From assembly GCA_963803145.1 (NCBI GenBank), contig CAWDLW010000025.1, forward strand, positions 1 through 64,000: DNA of 64,000 bases. The letters run 5' to 3'. How positions within the stretch are numbered: position 1 is the first letter of the stretch; each line of letters begins with the position of its first letter. The notes below the pieces were generated by a model. It did not search any database. It was not told the origin of the DNA and saw nothing but the letters and a program-made list of their open reading frames with translations. Of this stretch, positions 9,018-19,981 are shown piece by piece. A program made the translations under genes and the position numbers. This DNA is from Methanotrichaceae archaeon (GTDB taxonomy: Archaea; Halobacteriota; Methanosarcinia; Methanotrichales; Methanotrichaceae).

Positions 9018-9197
9018 AGTAAAACACGTGTGGTTTATGGCAGCAATTTAAACTTTAAAACGGTGAATCCCTACCTAGATTCTTTAATGGCAAATGGTCA
9101 CATTGTCATAACTAATGAAAAAATGCCAAGATATAAGACTACGGATAAGGGAAAAGAGCTTCTAGCCGTGATCAGGAAGGTTAATGGATTTTTCTAA
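9018..9197 (+). pseudogene. Fourth wHTH copy lacking the N-terminal ~20 codons
   Basis: SKTRVVYGSNLNFKTVNPYLDSLMANGHIVITNEKMPRYKTTDKGKELLAVIRKVNGFF*; in-frame TGA at 8976. Confidence 0.8.
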
Positions 9198-9521
9198 CCT
9201 ATTTGGCGGATGCAAATAGCCGTTATTAAAAGGCATGATGCCTGCTGAAGTTGCAAGGATAGTTTGGTCTAATATCCCATGCTGTTTTGGGCGAATTCTT
9301 GACATATTTAATTGCATAAATTTATCGCTATTATCATACTTTAGGAAAATAAGTCAACGTGAACAATTGCGATCTACTGCTACTGAATAGCCAAAGTAGC
9401 CAAGGTACGTCTAGCTATGTTCCTACATTTTTAAGCCTTTTCTCGATTGAATAGATCTGAGAAAGCTGTAGGCACCCTTATTCAAATAAGTTTTTATAAC
9501 ATAACCATAAATGCTGCATTG

Positions 9522-11450
9522 ATGCCAAATGATAATAATGAGCCGATAATTACTAAGATAAAAAATCTAAAAGAAGAAATAGATACATGCAATGATATGA
9601 TTAATTGTCTAAGAGAAAGAAATCAAGATTCATCATCAGTAATATCAGCGCAAAATATGCTTAATGGAAGGCTTGCTTTTATCAGTGGAGAATTCAATAA
9701 TTCAAAAAAATGTTATGAAGATTCTATTTCCGGCCTACAAGATCTTAACCTATTTGAGGAAATGTCAGTAGTGGCTCTAGAAGCGGCAAAGGAGTTTTGG
9801 GACATAAAAGATATCGAGGCCGCAAAACAGTTTTCTGAGGATGCAGTCAATGGAATTAAATATTCATGGATGATTACATCATTACCAAATAAACTAAGTT
9901 TGCCAGAAACTGCAATAAGAGTTTACGATTTCTCCATAGGCCTATGTTACTCGATTAAGGAATATGACCAAGTATTTGAATATGTTCAGCGAGTTAAAGC
10001 GCATTGGCTTCTAGATATAATGGCTTTGCAGCATCTTGGGAAATCAGTTCCTTTTCGGCGGCTATTGGTGGGGAGAAAACTGGATGATCTACTAATAAAT
10101 GATAAATCTGAATTTACAGAACTATCTAGCGAACTGGATAGCCGATGGAAGAATTACCTTTCTGGACACCTTTTAGAGAAAGAACTTGAAAATATAGAGG
10201 AAAGGGTCTTAGAATCCTATTCTAAATATTCAAGACACTTTGATGGACCTATTGTGGCAATGGCATCGATACCCACTATAAAGGACATACAAAGACGACT
10301 GGACATCAATGAAGGCATATTAGAATATTTTGTACAGAAAGATGGCGTTTATATAATTGTAATCAAAAATAATGATTATGAGATTGAATTCAAATCTATT
10401 GATCCTAATATATTGAAAGAACGTATTCCTTTTATATACATAAATTTGATTCAAGCTGAGAGTAGAAGACAGGCTGAGAACAGGGCAAAGGAAACAAAAG
10501 ATATCGATAAATCGGAGACAATTAATGATTGGAAAAATTCTTATCCAAGCCCTGTAGAAGGCTTGAAATGGCTATATGATATTTTAATTGAGCCTGTCGA
10601 AGATAATATTAGAAATGTTAATAGACTTATAATTTGTCCACATTGGTTATTAAATATCGTTCCATTTGCAGCTTTGCTTTCCGCAAAAGACAACAAGTAT
10701 GTTGTAGAATCCAAGAGCATCACATACTCACCCAATGCTTCTATTTGGGCCAAGATGATGGATATCAAGAAAGAAAAAGCATCATCTAAAGAGACTATTG
10801 CTCTAGTTGTTGGTGTAGAACAAATGCATGTTTCAAAATGGTGGGATTCTGTTGGAAACTTCATTGGCAAATTAATTGGGAACGAAAATATATCTGATTT
10901 TGAAGGAGAAGCAGCGAGTATTGCCAAAGATCTCAACGCCATTCCACTTATAGGGCCATCCGCACAAAAAGATGCTATCCTCAATCGATTTCAATCGTCG
11001 GATATAATTCATTTTAGTTGCCATACAGTTGAACGCGCGAAACCCTTGGTTAATGGACTTCTCTTGGCGGATGGCGTATTGACCCTTGCGGAAATTCTGA
11101 TTAATGAAAAGATTGGTGGATCTAGTCCATCCATCATAACTCTAAGTGCTTGCAGAAGCGGTATCAATAGAGTGGAGCCCGGCGATAATATATGGGGCAT
11201 AGGGTATGGATTTCTTGCACGATGTGGCTGCCCTATACTCTCTTCACTTTGGCCAGTGGATGCTGAGGCTACGAGATTCATAATGGAAAGATTTTATAGA
11301 TATGGTATTATTAATTCTGATTGGTCAGATGCTTTGAAGAAAGCGCAAAATGAGCTAATGGTCTCCTTTAGCCGACTTGATAAAAAGGGAAGATCCATTA
11401 GCTTTAAGGATCCTTACTATTGGTCGGGTTTCTTCTTGCTCGGACCTTGA
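9522..11450 (+). CDS. CHAT (caspase-like) protease with helical/TPR-like N-terminus
   Basis: IICPHWLLNIVPFAAL, IIHFSCH (His), TLSACRSG (Cys), SLWPVDAEAT, PYYWSGF; AT-rich; start ATG 9522 (ORF open from 9447). Confidence 0.9.
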   Translation: MPNDNNEPIITKIKNLKEEIDTCNDMINCLRERNQDSSSVISAQNMLNGRLAFISGEFNNSKKCYEDSISGLQDLNLFEEMSVVALEAAKEFWDIKDIEAAKQFSEDAVNGIKYSWMITSLPNKLSLPETAIRVYDFSIGLCYSIKEYDQVFEYVQRVKAHWLLDIMALQHLGKSVPFRRLLVGRKLDDLLINDKSEFTELSSELDSRWKNYLSGHLLEKELENIEERVLESYSKYSRHFDGPIVAMASIPTIKDIQRRLDINEGILEYFVQKDGVYIIVIKNNDYEIEFKSIDPNILKERIPFIYINLIQAESRRQAENRAKETKDIDKSETINDWKNSYPSPVEGLKWLYDILIEPVEDNIRNVNRLIICPHWLLNIVPFAALLSAKDNKYVVESKSITYSPNASIWAKMMDIKKEKASSKETIALVVGVEQMHVSKWWDSVGNFIGKLIGNENISDFEGEAASIAKDLNAIPLIGPSAQKDAILNRFQSSDIIHFSCHTVERAKPLVNGLLLADGVLTLAEILINEKIGGSSPSIITLSACRSGINRVEPGDNIWGIGYGFLARCGCPILSSLWPVDAEATRFIMERFYRYGIINSDWSDALKKAQNELMVSFSRLDKKGRSISFKDPYYWSGFFLLGP

Positions 11451-11459
11451 TAATTATTA

Positions 11460-11900
11460 TTACACCTTTCTCCCGATAATAATTGGAACGAATAACGTAT
11501 ATAATGCCAATATTACTGCAGCTTGATAAGGCTTATACCAAGCGAAATTGCTGAAAGGCCCTCCTAGAGCAAATACCCATAGGATAAAAGCTATCGTCGC
11601 CACAATTATTTGTGTATAGGCATGAGGTTTGCCTGGCTCGTCAGTAACGCGCCACATATAAAGGGGAGTTGCTATTGTCAATATTAAAAAAATTCCAAAG
11701 AAAAAGGTATTTGACGTTTCTCCAGCCGCCTTTATGATGCTATCAATTGCAACATATACAGAAACTACCTCAGTGGGAATATATTTTGCAATTCTTTCCG
11801 AAGTAGCATCTGGTTTTTCTTCTGCCTGTCCGCCTGGGACTATTCCCTTTGTTTTTCTTGATTCCGCTATATCACTTTCTGTTATAACACGACGAGACAT
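11460..11900 (-). CDS. 4-TM membrane protein (RIAKYIPTEVV family)
   Basis: GAGGAGG SD before ATG 11900; hydrophilic N-terminal tail followed by four hydrophobic segments. Confidence 0.75.
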   Translation of the reverse strand: MSRRVITESDIAESRKTKGIVPGGQAEEKPDATSERIAKYIPTEVVSVYVAIDSIIKAAGETSNTFFFGIFLILTIATPLYMWRVTDEPGKPHAYTQIIVATIAFILWVFALGGPFSNFAWYKPYQAAVILALYTLFVPIIIGRKV

Positions 11901-12419
11901 TATAAGACCCTCCTCGTCCAGTAATTGCGAATCATAAGAATTTTCAACTATAAAATTGCATCTGTTTTTCTCCTTTAAATTGTAATCAATAATCAAATAT
12001 TTATCTCGTATCCTGGCAGACACCTATCTGGCTTGGAGATACGGCCGCAATAGGCATTCCTTCTCCAAGCGGAAAGAAAAATATAAGTCTCAATGCTAAA
12101 TAGTAATTAATGTGCAAGAGGTTGTTCCTTATAAATGGAACAAAACCATTTATGCATTCCTATTCGCCCTTTGCACCATCCTCTATTCTTTAGGTTCGCT
12201 ATTTGTATGTGTTTAGCTATACCAGACTCGGTTGTTAGATGCGGGTTTCAGTTCCTAACGGATTAATATATATTAATCTGTATTTAAATGAAATCGATAT
12301 CATTGGCGTCTTGGCCCTCAAAACAACCTTTAGCAATTAGCAGCAGGAGAAGTCGTAAAAATGGCTCATGGATACTGATTATAGTGAGCTAAACACATAC
12401 CGCTATTTCATAAGGAGAT

Positions 12420-12803
12420 TTAGGATGAACTCCTCAGGATATCAGCCTTCAACTTCTTTGCTTTCTCTATCGCCTCTGCATGGCTAACCTTCTTAACGCT
12501 GCCTAGATGCTTTGTGACTGTCTTATCCCCCACTCGCCATGAGCAGAGCCAACGATCATAGGTTTTAGGCCCTTTCTTGGTTTGCTTCACAATGGGAGCC
12601 TGCCTAACCGTGAGGTCCTCAAGCCTCGCGTGTGTGGCCAATGCGAAAGCTGTCTCACCTAGCTCCTTAGCTCTGTGAGCCTTCACCGCAGCCAAAGCCC
12701 TTGTCTCCTCAATGGCTGCTAAAGTTTGGGCTTCTCCTTCCAGCTTCTTGGCCTTCTTCCTCATCTCGCGGGCCTTTGCCCTGCTGGCAGTGTCATGAAC
12801 CAT
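12420..12803 (-). CDS. Coiled-coil protein with Arm/AP2-like DNA-binding domain (mobile-element associated)
   Basis: RWLCSWRVGDKTVTKHLGSVKKVSHAEAIEKAKKL resembles integrase Arm-type domains. Confidence 0.55.
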   Translation of the reverse strand: MVHDTASRAKAREMRKKAKKLEGEAQTLAAIEETRALAAVKAHRAKELGETAFALATHARLEDLTVRQAPIVKQTKKGPKTYDRWLCSWRVGDKTVTKHLGSVKKVSHAEAIEKAKKLKADILRSSS

Positions 12804-12955
12804 ATGCTCTCCAAATCATTTTTATCCAAGTCGGCTCTATCCAGTCTTGTCCATATCTGGCGGGCAGTTTTGCCCTAGATCCTGCATAGTAGTTCTCGCC
12901 TTCTGGCCCGCCTTTGCGATATCCACAGGCTCATGGTGTGTTTCTAACGATAGAT

Positions 12956-13001
12956 AGTAGTACCACATTACATATGTAGTTATTTTTAATGTGGTACAAC
13001 T
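12956..13001. repeat. 46-bp palindromic site, copy 3
   Basis: AGTAGTACCACATT-N18-AATGTGGTACAACT. Confidence 0.75.
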
Positions 13002-13136
13002 AAGGGCGGCGAGGGTGGATAGTCGGGTGTGAAATCGATATGCTCTAGATAGTGAAGGCCCAAAGGATAGGCTCTATTCGCGGAGAGGTCTATAAGCGTC
13101 GTGAAGAGGATTATAAGGTTTATTAGGATGCCTGGG

Positions 13137-13209
13137 TGTTCAGGCTATTGAGGATTTGTTTAGGTTGTTTAGCTTGTTCAGGCTAACATGGGTTTTGTTC
13201 GGGTTGTTC
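13137..13209. repeat. Iteron-like 9-mer repeats TTGTTYAGG
   Basis: tgttcaggc, ttgtttagg, ttgtttagc, ttgttcagg, ttgttcggg, ttgttc. Confidence 0.5.
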
Positions 13210-13292
13210 TACCTGAGATCACCTCTTCGGCCAGTCAATACAGATCGTAAATTAGGCGTCTATACATCGATCGATGGCCTAGATCATCAGAT

Positions 13293-15508
13293 TCATTTGA
13301 TGGGCCATTCTGGTATGGCTTTATCTATCTCTTTCATCAAGCGAATGGTCTCCTTCAAGGCTACAACGACCTTCTGGTAATGAGTAAGATCATCATAGGA
13401 TAATTGTCTGCCTCTTCGATCTTTAAGCCATTTCTCACAGACCTGATAGCCTCCTACATAGAAATTCCAAACCTCCAGAGGGACGCCATCGAAGTATTGT
13501 ATTTGGTTTATTTTGATGCAGCCATTTTTGTTATCATCATGAACGATGAACTTTGGGTATCCTTTCTCTACCTGGTTATTTCCTGGCATTGGATAGTGAG
13601 TAATGAATTTGGAGACTTCAGGGGAGTCTAACACGTGCAGCGAAACTAGTTCCTTTCCAAGTCCGCATAGTTTACGGAAGAGATCAATACTTGATGTCAG
13701 CGGCACTCTAGGGAAGTCATTCTTCAGGAACTCAGCATAGCGCTGCCTGTAGGTTGGCGAGTGGAATATGGAGTAGATGTAGTCGAAAACGTCCTCTGGC
13801 CCGAAGGTAGTTGTCAAGTCGCCGTGACCATCTGAGATGAACTTGAGGTTGAGGCATGATTCAATTGCCGAAACAAAATCGTGGCTTAGATTGGGGGTTC
13901 GGCCATCTTTGCCGGGAGGCCAAAATGAGTTCTGCAATGTGTTTTGGCGTGAGGACTTCTGTTCAATGGATGGATAAAGATAAAGTGGGAAAAGATTGTT
14001 GATGTCGTATGCAGCACATGATTTATGTCCACATATTAGAGCTGTAGCTAGAATATCCCATTGATCTCGTGTTTGTCGAGTGGCTATCAGACCTAAATTC
14101 CCTTTCGGCACCATATGTTGCATTACTTCTTGTCTTGGAAGTTCTACAACATCTTGACTGTGATAATAATATCTAAAATCAAAAGGCCGATAAAGACATT
14201 TCGTGAAATGGCTCTGCCATTCTGAATTCTCTGATAAGGAGCGCCTTTTTTGATTTAATTTCCAATCACGTGTATCTGAAAGGTTGTATTTTTCCCGTAT
14301 TTTATCATCTAAAATATTTAAGTTTCTGAAGTCCTCAATTCGAGTTCGAAGTGATGCTTGATCGCAATCCAACACAAAGTGGTCGCGATGCGTTTTTACT
14401 CCTGTAGAATTAATTGGCATTATCTCTGTAATTTTCCAATTTCTTTCATACTCTGGCTGCGAAGTGGTATCTTGAGGCACAAAAAAATAGAATGGAGGAC
14501 GTGGTTCTATGATTGTCCATGGAGTGTTACTGACACCATTTACGAGTAACTTTTCATACTTGTTTTCCCTACTTCCCCATAGGTCTGCATGATAAATTGT
14601 TGCTTGACCCTCCTTATTCGGCTCTTTTACAAAGATTCCGATTGCTACACCCTGCTGGATGTCGAAAATATTCTCATCTTTTGAACCATCGGGAGAGCGC
14701 TCTTTCTTTTTGCTATTTCCATGTAAATTTAGAATATAAATTTGTGTAAAATTAGCGATTAAAGATTTGCGCATCTCTCTGAATGTAGGATTATCAAGAT
14801 AACCGTTATTGGTGATGAATGCCAAAATGCCTGCACCAGTATGCGCAATTCTCCACTGTCCCCAACGGATAAATTTAACATAATCATCCAATAAGAGTTT
14901 CGGATTATGTTCTTTTATGTCATCATGTGGATAATAGTCTTTCCGAATAAGATCAATAATCCATTTACCTTTATTCGCCGAATTTGCAGAATATGGTGGA
15001 TTGCCTAAAACTACCATTATCGGGTAATCACGCTTGACTACTGAAGCTGAACGTGCCTCTTTTCCTATGACCTCATAACCCCACAAGGATTTCCATGGAT
15101 TATCAGATTCCTCAAGCGTGTTTGTAAGGTAGATACCCAATCGCTCATCACTGGCAAAGTCATAAGCCCAATCTTTTTGTAAATCCAAGGGCAAATCCTG
15201 ACCAGCTAGTTGCATTCCGAGCTTGAAATGTGTTATAGCATAAGGTGCCATAAGCAATTCAAACCCAAAAATACGTGTCAACAAGTAACGTTTAACGTAT
15301 TCAGACCATAGACCGGCATTTCCATATTTCATGAATTCGCTTCGGATCAAATCAACTATCGCATAGAGAAAAGTTCCTGTTCCTGTAGCAGGGTCAAGCA
15401 TAAGAACCTTGGGGCGTATTTCATGGACGATTCTTGTGGGAAATGCATTCTTTTCTGGCTCTCCTCGAAAATCGGTAAAAAACGTTTCTCTGTCGAATTC
15501 AATGGTAC
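13293..15508 (-). pseudogene. Type ISP/IIG-like N6-adenine methyltransferase-specificity enzyme, N-terminally truncated by IS630
   Basis: LDPATGTGTFL (motif I), GNPPYS (motif IV), FITNNGYLDNPTF, YRPFD, GGYQVCEKWLKDR (ISP C-terminal domain); reading frame ends at the IS end. Confidence 0.85.
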
Positions 15509-15510
15509 TA

Positions 15511-16693
15511 GTGCAGCATAACACAAGTTTTTTATCCTAGCAAGTCCTTATGATCGCTAATCATGTCGAGGAAAACAATATTCGTCGTAAAATTGACAGA
15601 TGAGGATCGGGAATATCTGAACCAGTTTATTCGCCATGGAAAGGCATCTGTAAGAAGCGTGACTCGTGCCAGGACACTGCTCATGGCAGACGAAGGTTAC
15701 TCCAATAAAGATATCGTAAAGATTCTAAAAATAACCAGACCTACGGTTAACAGTGCAAGGAAAAGGTACTGCCAGGAAGGTTTGGACTCTGCAATAAACG
15801 ATAAACCAAGAAGCGGCGCACCTCCAAAGATAGATGGAAGGATTGAGACACAAGTTACCCTTCTTGCCTGTTCGAAACCACCGGAAGGCAAATCGACCTG
15901 GACTCTGAAGCTTTTAGCCGATAGGCTCGTGGAAATGGAGGTAATAGAATCCATATCTACCATGACCGTTCAGAGGATCTTAAAAAAAGCGAGACCAAGC
16001 CTTGGCAGAAGGTTAGATGGTGTATTGGCGAGATAACAAGCGATTACATCATGCATATGGAAGATGTGCTGGATCAATATGAGCAACCCTATGATCCTAA
16101 GCATCCTTTAATCTGCATGGATGAGATGCCATGCCAATTGATAGACAACGTTTTAGTTCCTATTCCTCCTAAACCTGGAAAATCACAAAAAGTCGATTTT
16201 GAATATCGCCGTAATGGTACATGCTGTGTTTTCATCGCCTTTGATCCACATGCCCGTTGGAGAACAATATCTGTTGAAGAACACCGGACGAAAATTGATT
16301 ATGCCCATTTTATGAAAGGGCTTTCCCAGAAATATCCTGAGGCAGAATACCTTAAAGTTGTCCAGGATAACCTTAACACTCACTCATCTGGTTCATTTTA
16401 TGAAGCATTCTCGCCTGAGGAGGCGTTCCAGCTTGCCAAGAAGTTTGAGTTCCATTTTACTCCAAAGAAGGGTAGCTGGCTTAACATGGCTGAGATTGAG
16501 TTCTCGGCTCTTTCAAGGCAATGCTTGAACCGACGAATTGGCGATATCAAAACTTTAGCCAAGGAAGCGAAAGCTTGGGAACAGGATCGGAACAGGGCTA
16601 AAGTAGCTATTCGATGGAAGTTCACCAAAGCCAATGCAAGAGAGAAGTTCTGTAGGCATTACCTTAAGATAAAGAATTAATGTTATGATGTAC
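15511..16693 (+). mobile_element. IS630-family element (1183 bp)
   Basis: TIRs GTGCAGCATAACA / TGTTATGATGTAC, flanked by TA within CTAG; ORFs 15563-16036 and 16051-16680 joined by an A7 -1 frameshift at 15982. Confidence 0.92.
15563..16680 (+). CDS. IS630 transposase (programmed -1 frameshift)
   Basis: HTH ORF-A; shifted frame KKSETKPWQKVRWCI; DDE motifs CMDE, VQDNLNTH, SWLNMAEIEFS. Confidence 0.9.
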
Positions 16694-16699
16694 TAGTTA

Positions 16700-16729
16700 G
16701 AGCTGGGATTGGCCCTGTTATCCCAGCTC
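16700..16729 (-). terminator. Hairpin downstream of the disrupted secreted-protein gene
   Basis: GAGCTGGGAT-N10-ATCCCAGCTC, 8 bp past the stop codon. Confidence 0.45.
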
Positions 16730-16737
16730 CATTTTCC

Positions 16738-19307
16738 CTACTTCTTTGGACTGAACTTTATAGCTCGATCATACACGATCTCTGAGTAGGATGGCCCAGT
16801 TTTTGTAGCCTTTTCCAAGTAGCTCCTCCACCAGATATAAATCGGCTGATTCGGATGTATGCCGTAGCTCCCTGGACCATAGGGAACCTTAAAGCAATGC
16901 GGATCGCCATTACAATTTCTGGCAACCTTATAGACATAAAGGTATTTCGCGTCTGGATTATTGGGGAGGTATTCCTCAGCGGTTCCGTTGAAATCAGCAT
17001 CATTGATTGCTCCAATACCATTCCATATGTCCGCTCCACAAACGGCGAAGTTCTCGTATGTAGCCTTTCCAGTGGCTACATGGTTAACCCCATAGACGAT
17101 TATGAAATCATTGGTATCGTTGCCTAAAGTAATTGCTGGATGATATACAAACGGATAGCTCAGCGAGAGATTAGGGAAAGAAGGTGTCGGCGAAGAGATC
17201 GCTTGGTTTACAGTCCATAGATAGCACGCATCGTTGTCAGGGATTAAGGCGTCAATTCCTCTCTGAATAGCATCAATCCCCACTGGAACCGGTATACTAG
17301 TTGGAAGCTCTGTGGCTTTCAATCCACTGTATTTTTTAAGAATCGCCTCCCTCAGTTGTTCGAGGTCATTTGTAAGGTCAAACTCTGTTTTTCCCGTTCC
17401 ACGTACTCTTATATCTGGATAACTATAGTTAATCATTGAGCTTATTGCCCTATAGATACATTTAATAATTAATGCGTGAAAATACATAGGCATGGGTAGA
17501 AAACCTATAATAATTAGGCATATATCAAAGATAGACCTTGATAAATTATATAAAAAAGAGACTGATCTAAGGATTAAGGAACGGTTATTGGCAATAATAC
17601 ATTTATATGAAGGGAAAAACGTATATGAGGTAGCTGATATTTTAAAAAGGGGCGAGAGGACAATAAAATATTGGTTAAGCAGATGGAATAATCATGGCTA
17701 TAATGGATTGACACCAAAGAATAGAAATGGCAAAAAGCCAAAGATGTCTCTTGATGAATGGGATAGAGTTATTAAAGAAATTGAAGACAAAGGAATGACG
17801 ATAAAAGACGTATTAAAATATGTAAGGGATACAAGAGGTATAGATTTTTCATATAAATATGGCTGGCGAATTTTAAGAGTAGTGAAAAAAGTTAAGTATG
17901 GGAAACCATACATCAGAAATGAAAAGAGGCCTGCAGATGCAGAAAGTTTTTTAAAAAAGGATAAAATCAGTGCTGACCACAGTTACTGATCCTGTTATAG
18001 GATTTCTTGATGAAAGCTCTTTACAACAGCGCCCTAATACACGTAGAGTCTTAAACACTCATTTAATAAATTATAAACCTGGAAAGGTTAGATCAAGAAC
18101 TATTTTTGGATTTATAGCATTAAATGGCAATGATGAGGTTATGGTTTCCAACTCCTCTAAGAAGGAAGCGTTGATGGCATTTGCTCAAAATATAAGAAAT
18201 AATAATATTATGAGGCCAATTTGTATACTTTTAGATAATGCTAGAATTCATTTGGCCAAGAAATTTAGAAAACTAGCTGAGGAAATCGATATTCACTTAA
18301 TTTATAATATCCCCTATTCACCAGATTTGAATCCTATAGAATTCGGTTGGAAGGATTTCAAAAGAGAGATCGCCAAATACACTGATTTCGATGAAGCTAT
18401 TATAGCTAGCCAAGATTGCGCTTTAGAAATATTTTATTCCAAAAAGGATGGATATTCAAAGTCCTGGGTGGAGCGATTTCTTAGTGCAAAAAGCTAGGAG
18501 ATTAACTATATATGGGTCAAGCTTTGTGGATTCGTTGGGAGTTATGCGGAAAACAGTTGCAGGTGTATTATTTATGTAATTATCTCCAGCTTGCTTATCT
18601 TTGAATAAAGCTGGACGGATTATTATAGCAAATGTATCGGAGTTATTCTCCAGGCCCATGTTCAACATAGCCGAGGGAAACATCTGGGTGTTAAAAATGT
18701 CGCCCGAATACCCTGCAGATAAGGCAGCAGCGCGGATGCGTTGATCAATGCCTCTGTCGGCTGTGGCGACTATCACAGTAGTTTGGTTGAATGGATTTCC
18801 AGCCAACCCATTAGGAGTCCTTTCAGTATTGATGACCAAGTTGTTTACTGTATCTGCTATGTTGGCAAAGACCCATCGGGTTTCATTTCCATATGTTCTA
18901 TCCACTATATAATGATCGTAACTAAAGTATCTACATTCTGGCGGTGTTCTTCCCACGAAAACAACAGCTTCATCTGGATCAAGATTCCAAAATGAAGATA
19001 AGTTCGATCTCAATCCGATCGCTCTAGCTATCTTAGAAAACAGTTCAGGTACCTTAGACCCAGGTGCCGGTGGAACAAAATATGTCAAATATTTCGTGGC
19101 AGGATTGTTTCCATAGCATGAAGGTAAGACTCCTAAGTCATGTAATTTGATCGCATCAAAAAAACCTAGCCCACCTTTCTGTACAGTAAATCCATCCTTT
19201 TCTAAGGCTTTTTGAAAAGCCTTAACGTCACCTGTTGTCGCATTCTGTCCAAGGCCAATTCCTATTAACATGGCGAATAAAATTGTTAATATTATATATA
19301 TTTTCAT
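16738..19307 (-). pseudogene. Secreted protein (~494 aa) split by IS630
   Basis: Removing 17426-18508 plus one TA restores ...KLDPYSYPDIRVRGTG...; signal peptide at 19307. Confidence 0.88.
17426..18508 (+). mobile_element. IS630-family element (1083 bp), second type
   Basis: TATAGTTAATC / GATTAACTATA ends with TA duplication; ORFs 17492-17989 and 17970-18497 with a T6A6 slippery site; FLDE, LDNARIH, PYSPDLNPIE. Confidence 0.92.
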
Positions 19308-19696
19308 ATACTAGATTCCTCTTGTCAATCAATTTATCATTGATTATCATAATTCTACAAAAAGCTTTGGCAATTTATGTAGAAAGCCTATGCTGGCAAT
19401 TCATGGAGAAACTATAAGCAAACGAAGGACGAACGTGCGAGAATCTCATCCCCAGCACATAATCACCGATCTGAATCTGTATCTATAGACGATATCTCAA
19501 TTATATTGCCTGGCAATTACCAGTAATCAAATATAAAATCTGGAGCGCAAAGGCACGCTTTAGTAGTTAAATATTCTTTCAAGCTGCTATCTGCAAGAAC
19601 CCGTAAGTAGCAGCGTTGTTAAGTAATAGAGCAATTAAGCAACTGAACTATTGAGTGATAAATCAATGAACCTAATAGCAGCAAATCCATACGCCC

Positions 19697-19819
19697 CTGG
19701 GGCACCGCGCGTCTGGGGATCTCGCGCGCTAGCTGTTAACGGGGCGCGCTCAGACGCCGCGCGGGCTTGCCCCTGACCCCCGCAAGCAGGGAACAATTTT
19801 AGTAGGGTCTATAATATCC
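19697..19819 (+). repeat. GC-rich dispersed palindromic repeat (REP/MITE-like)
   Basis: Near-identical inverted copy at 47359-47479; related core CGCGCTAGCTGTT..GGGGC..GCTCA..CGCCGCG at ~24596-24640. Confidence 0.8.
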
Positions 19820-19981
19820 GGTTGACCTAGCCATTTACCATTGAGTTATAGTGCTGATTTATTATCCCTGCTCATCCAATTGGCCGGGGTTTATGGTATC
19901 AACGGTGTCCAGCCCTTTTATCCCTCGATCATTGGAAATAGCAAGGAGCATTTTTAAAACAGGGCCGCATAACGCCCTGCC

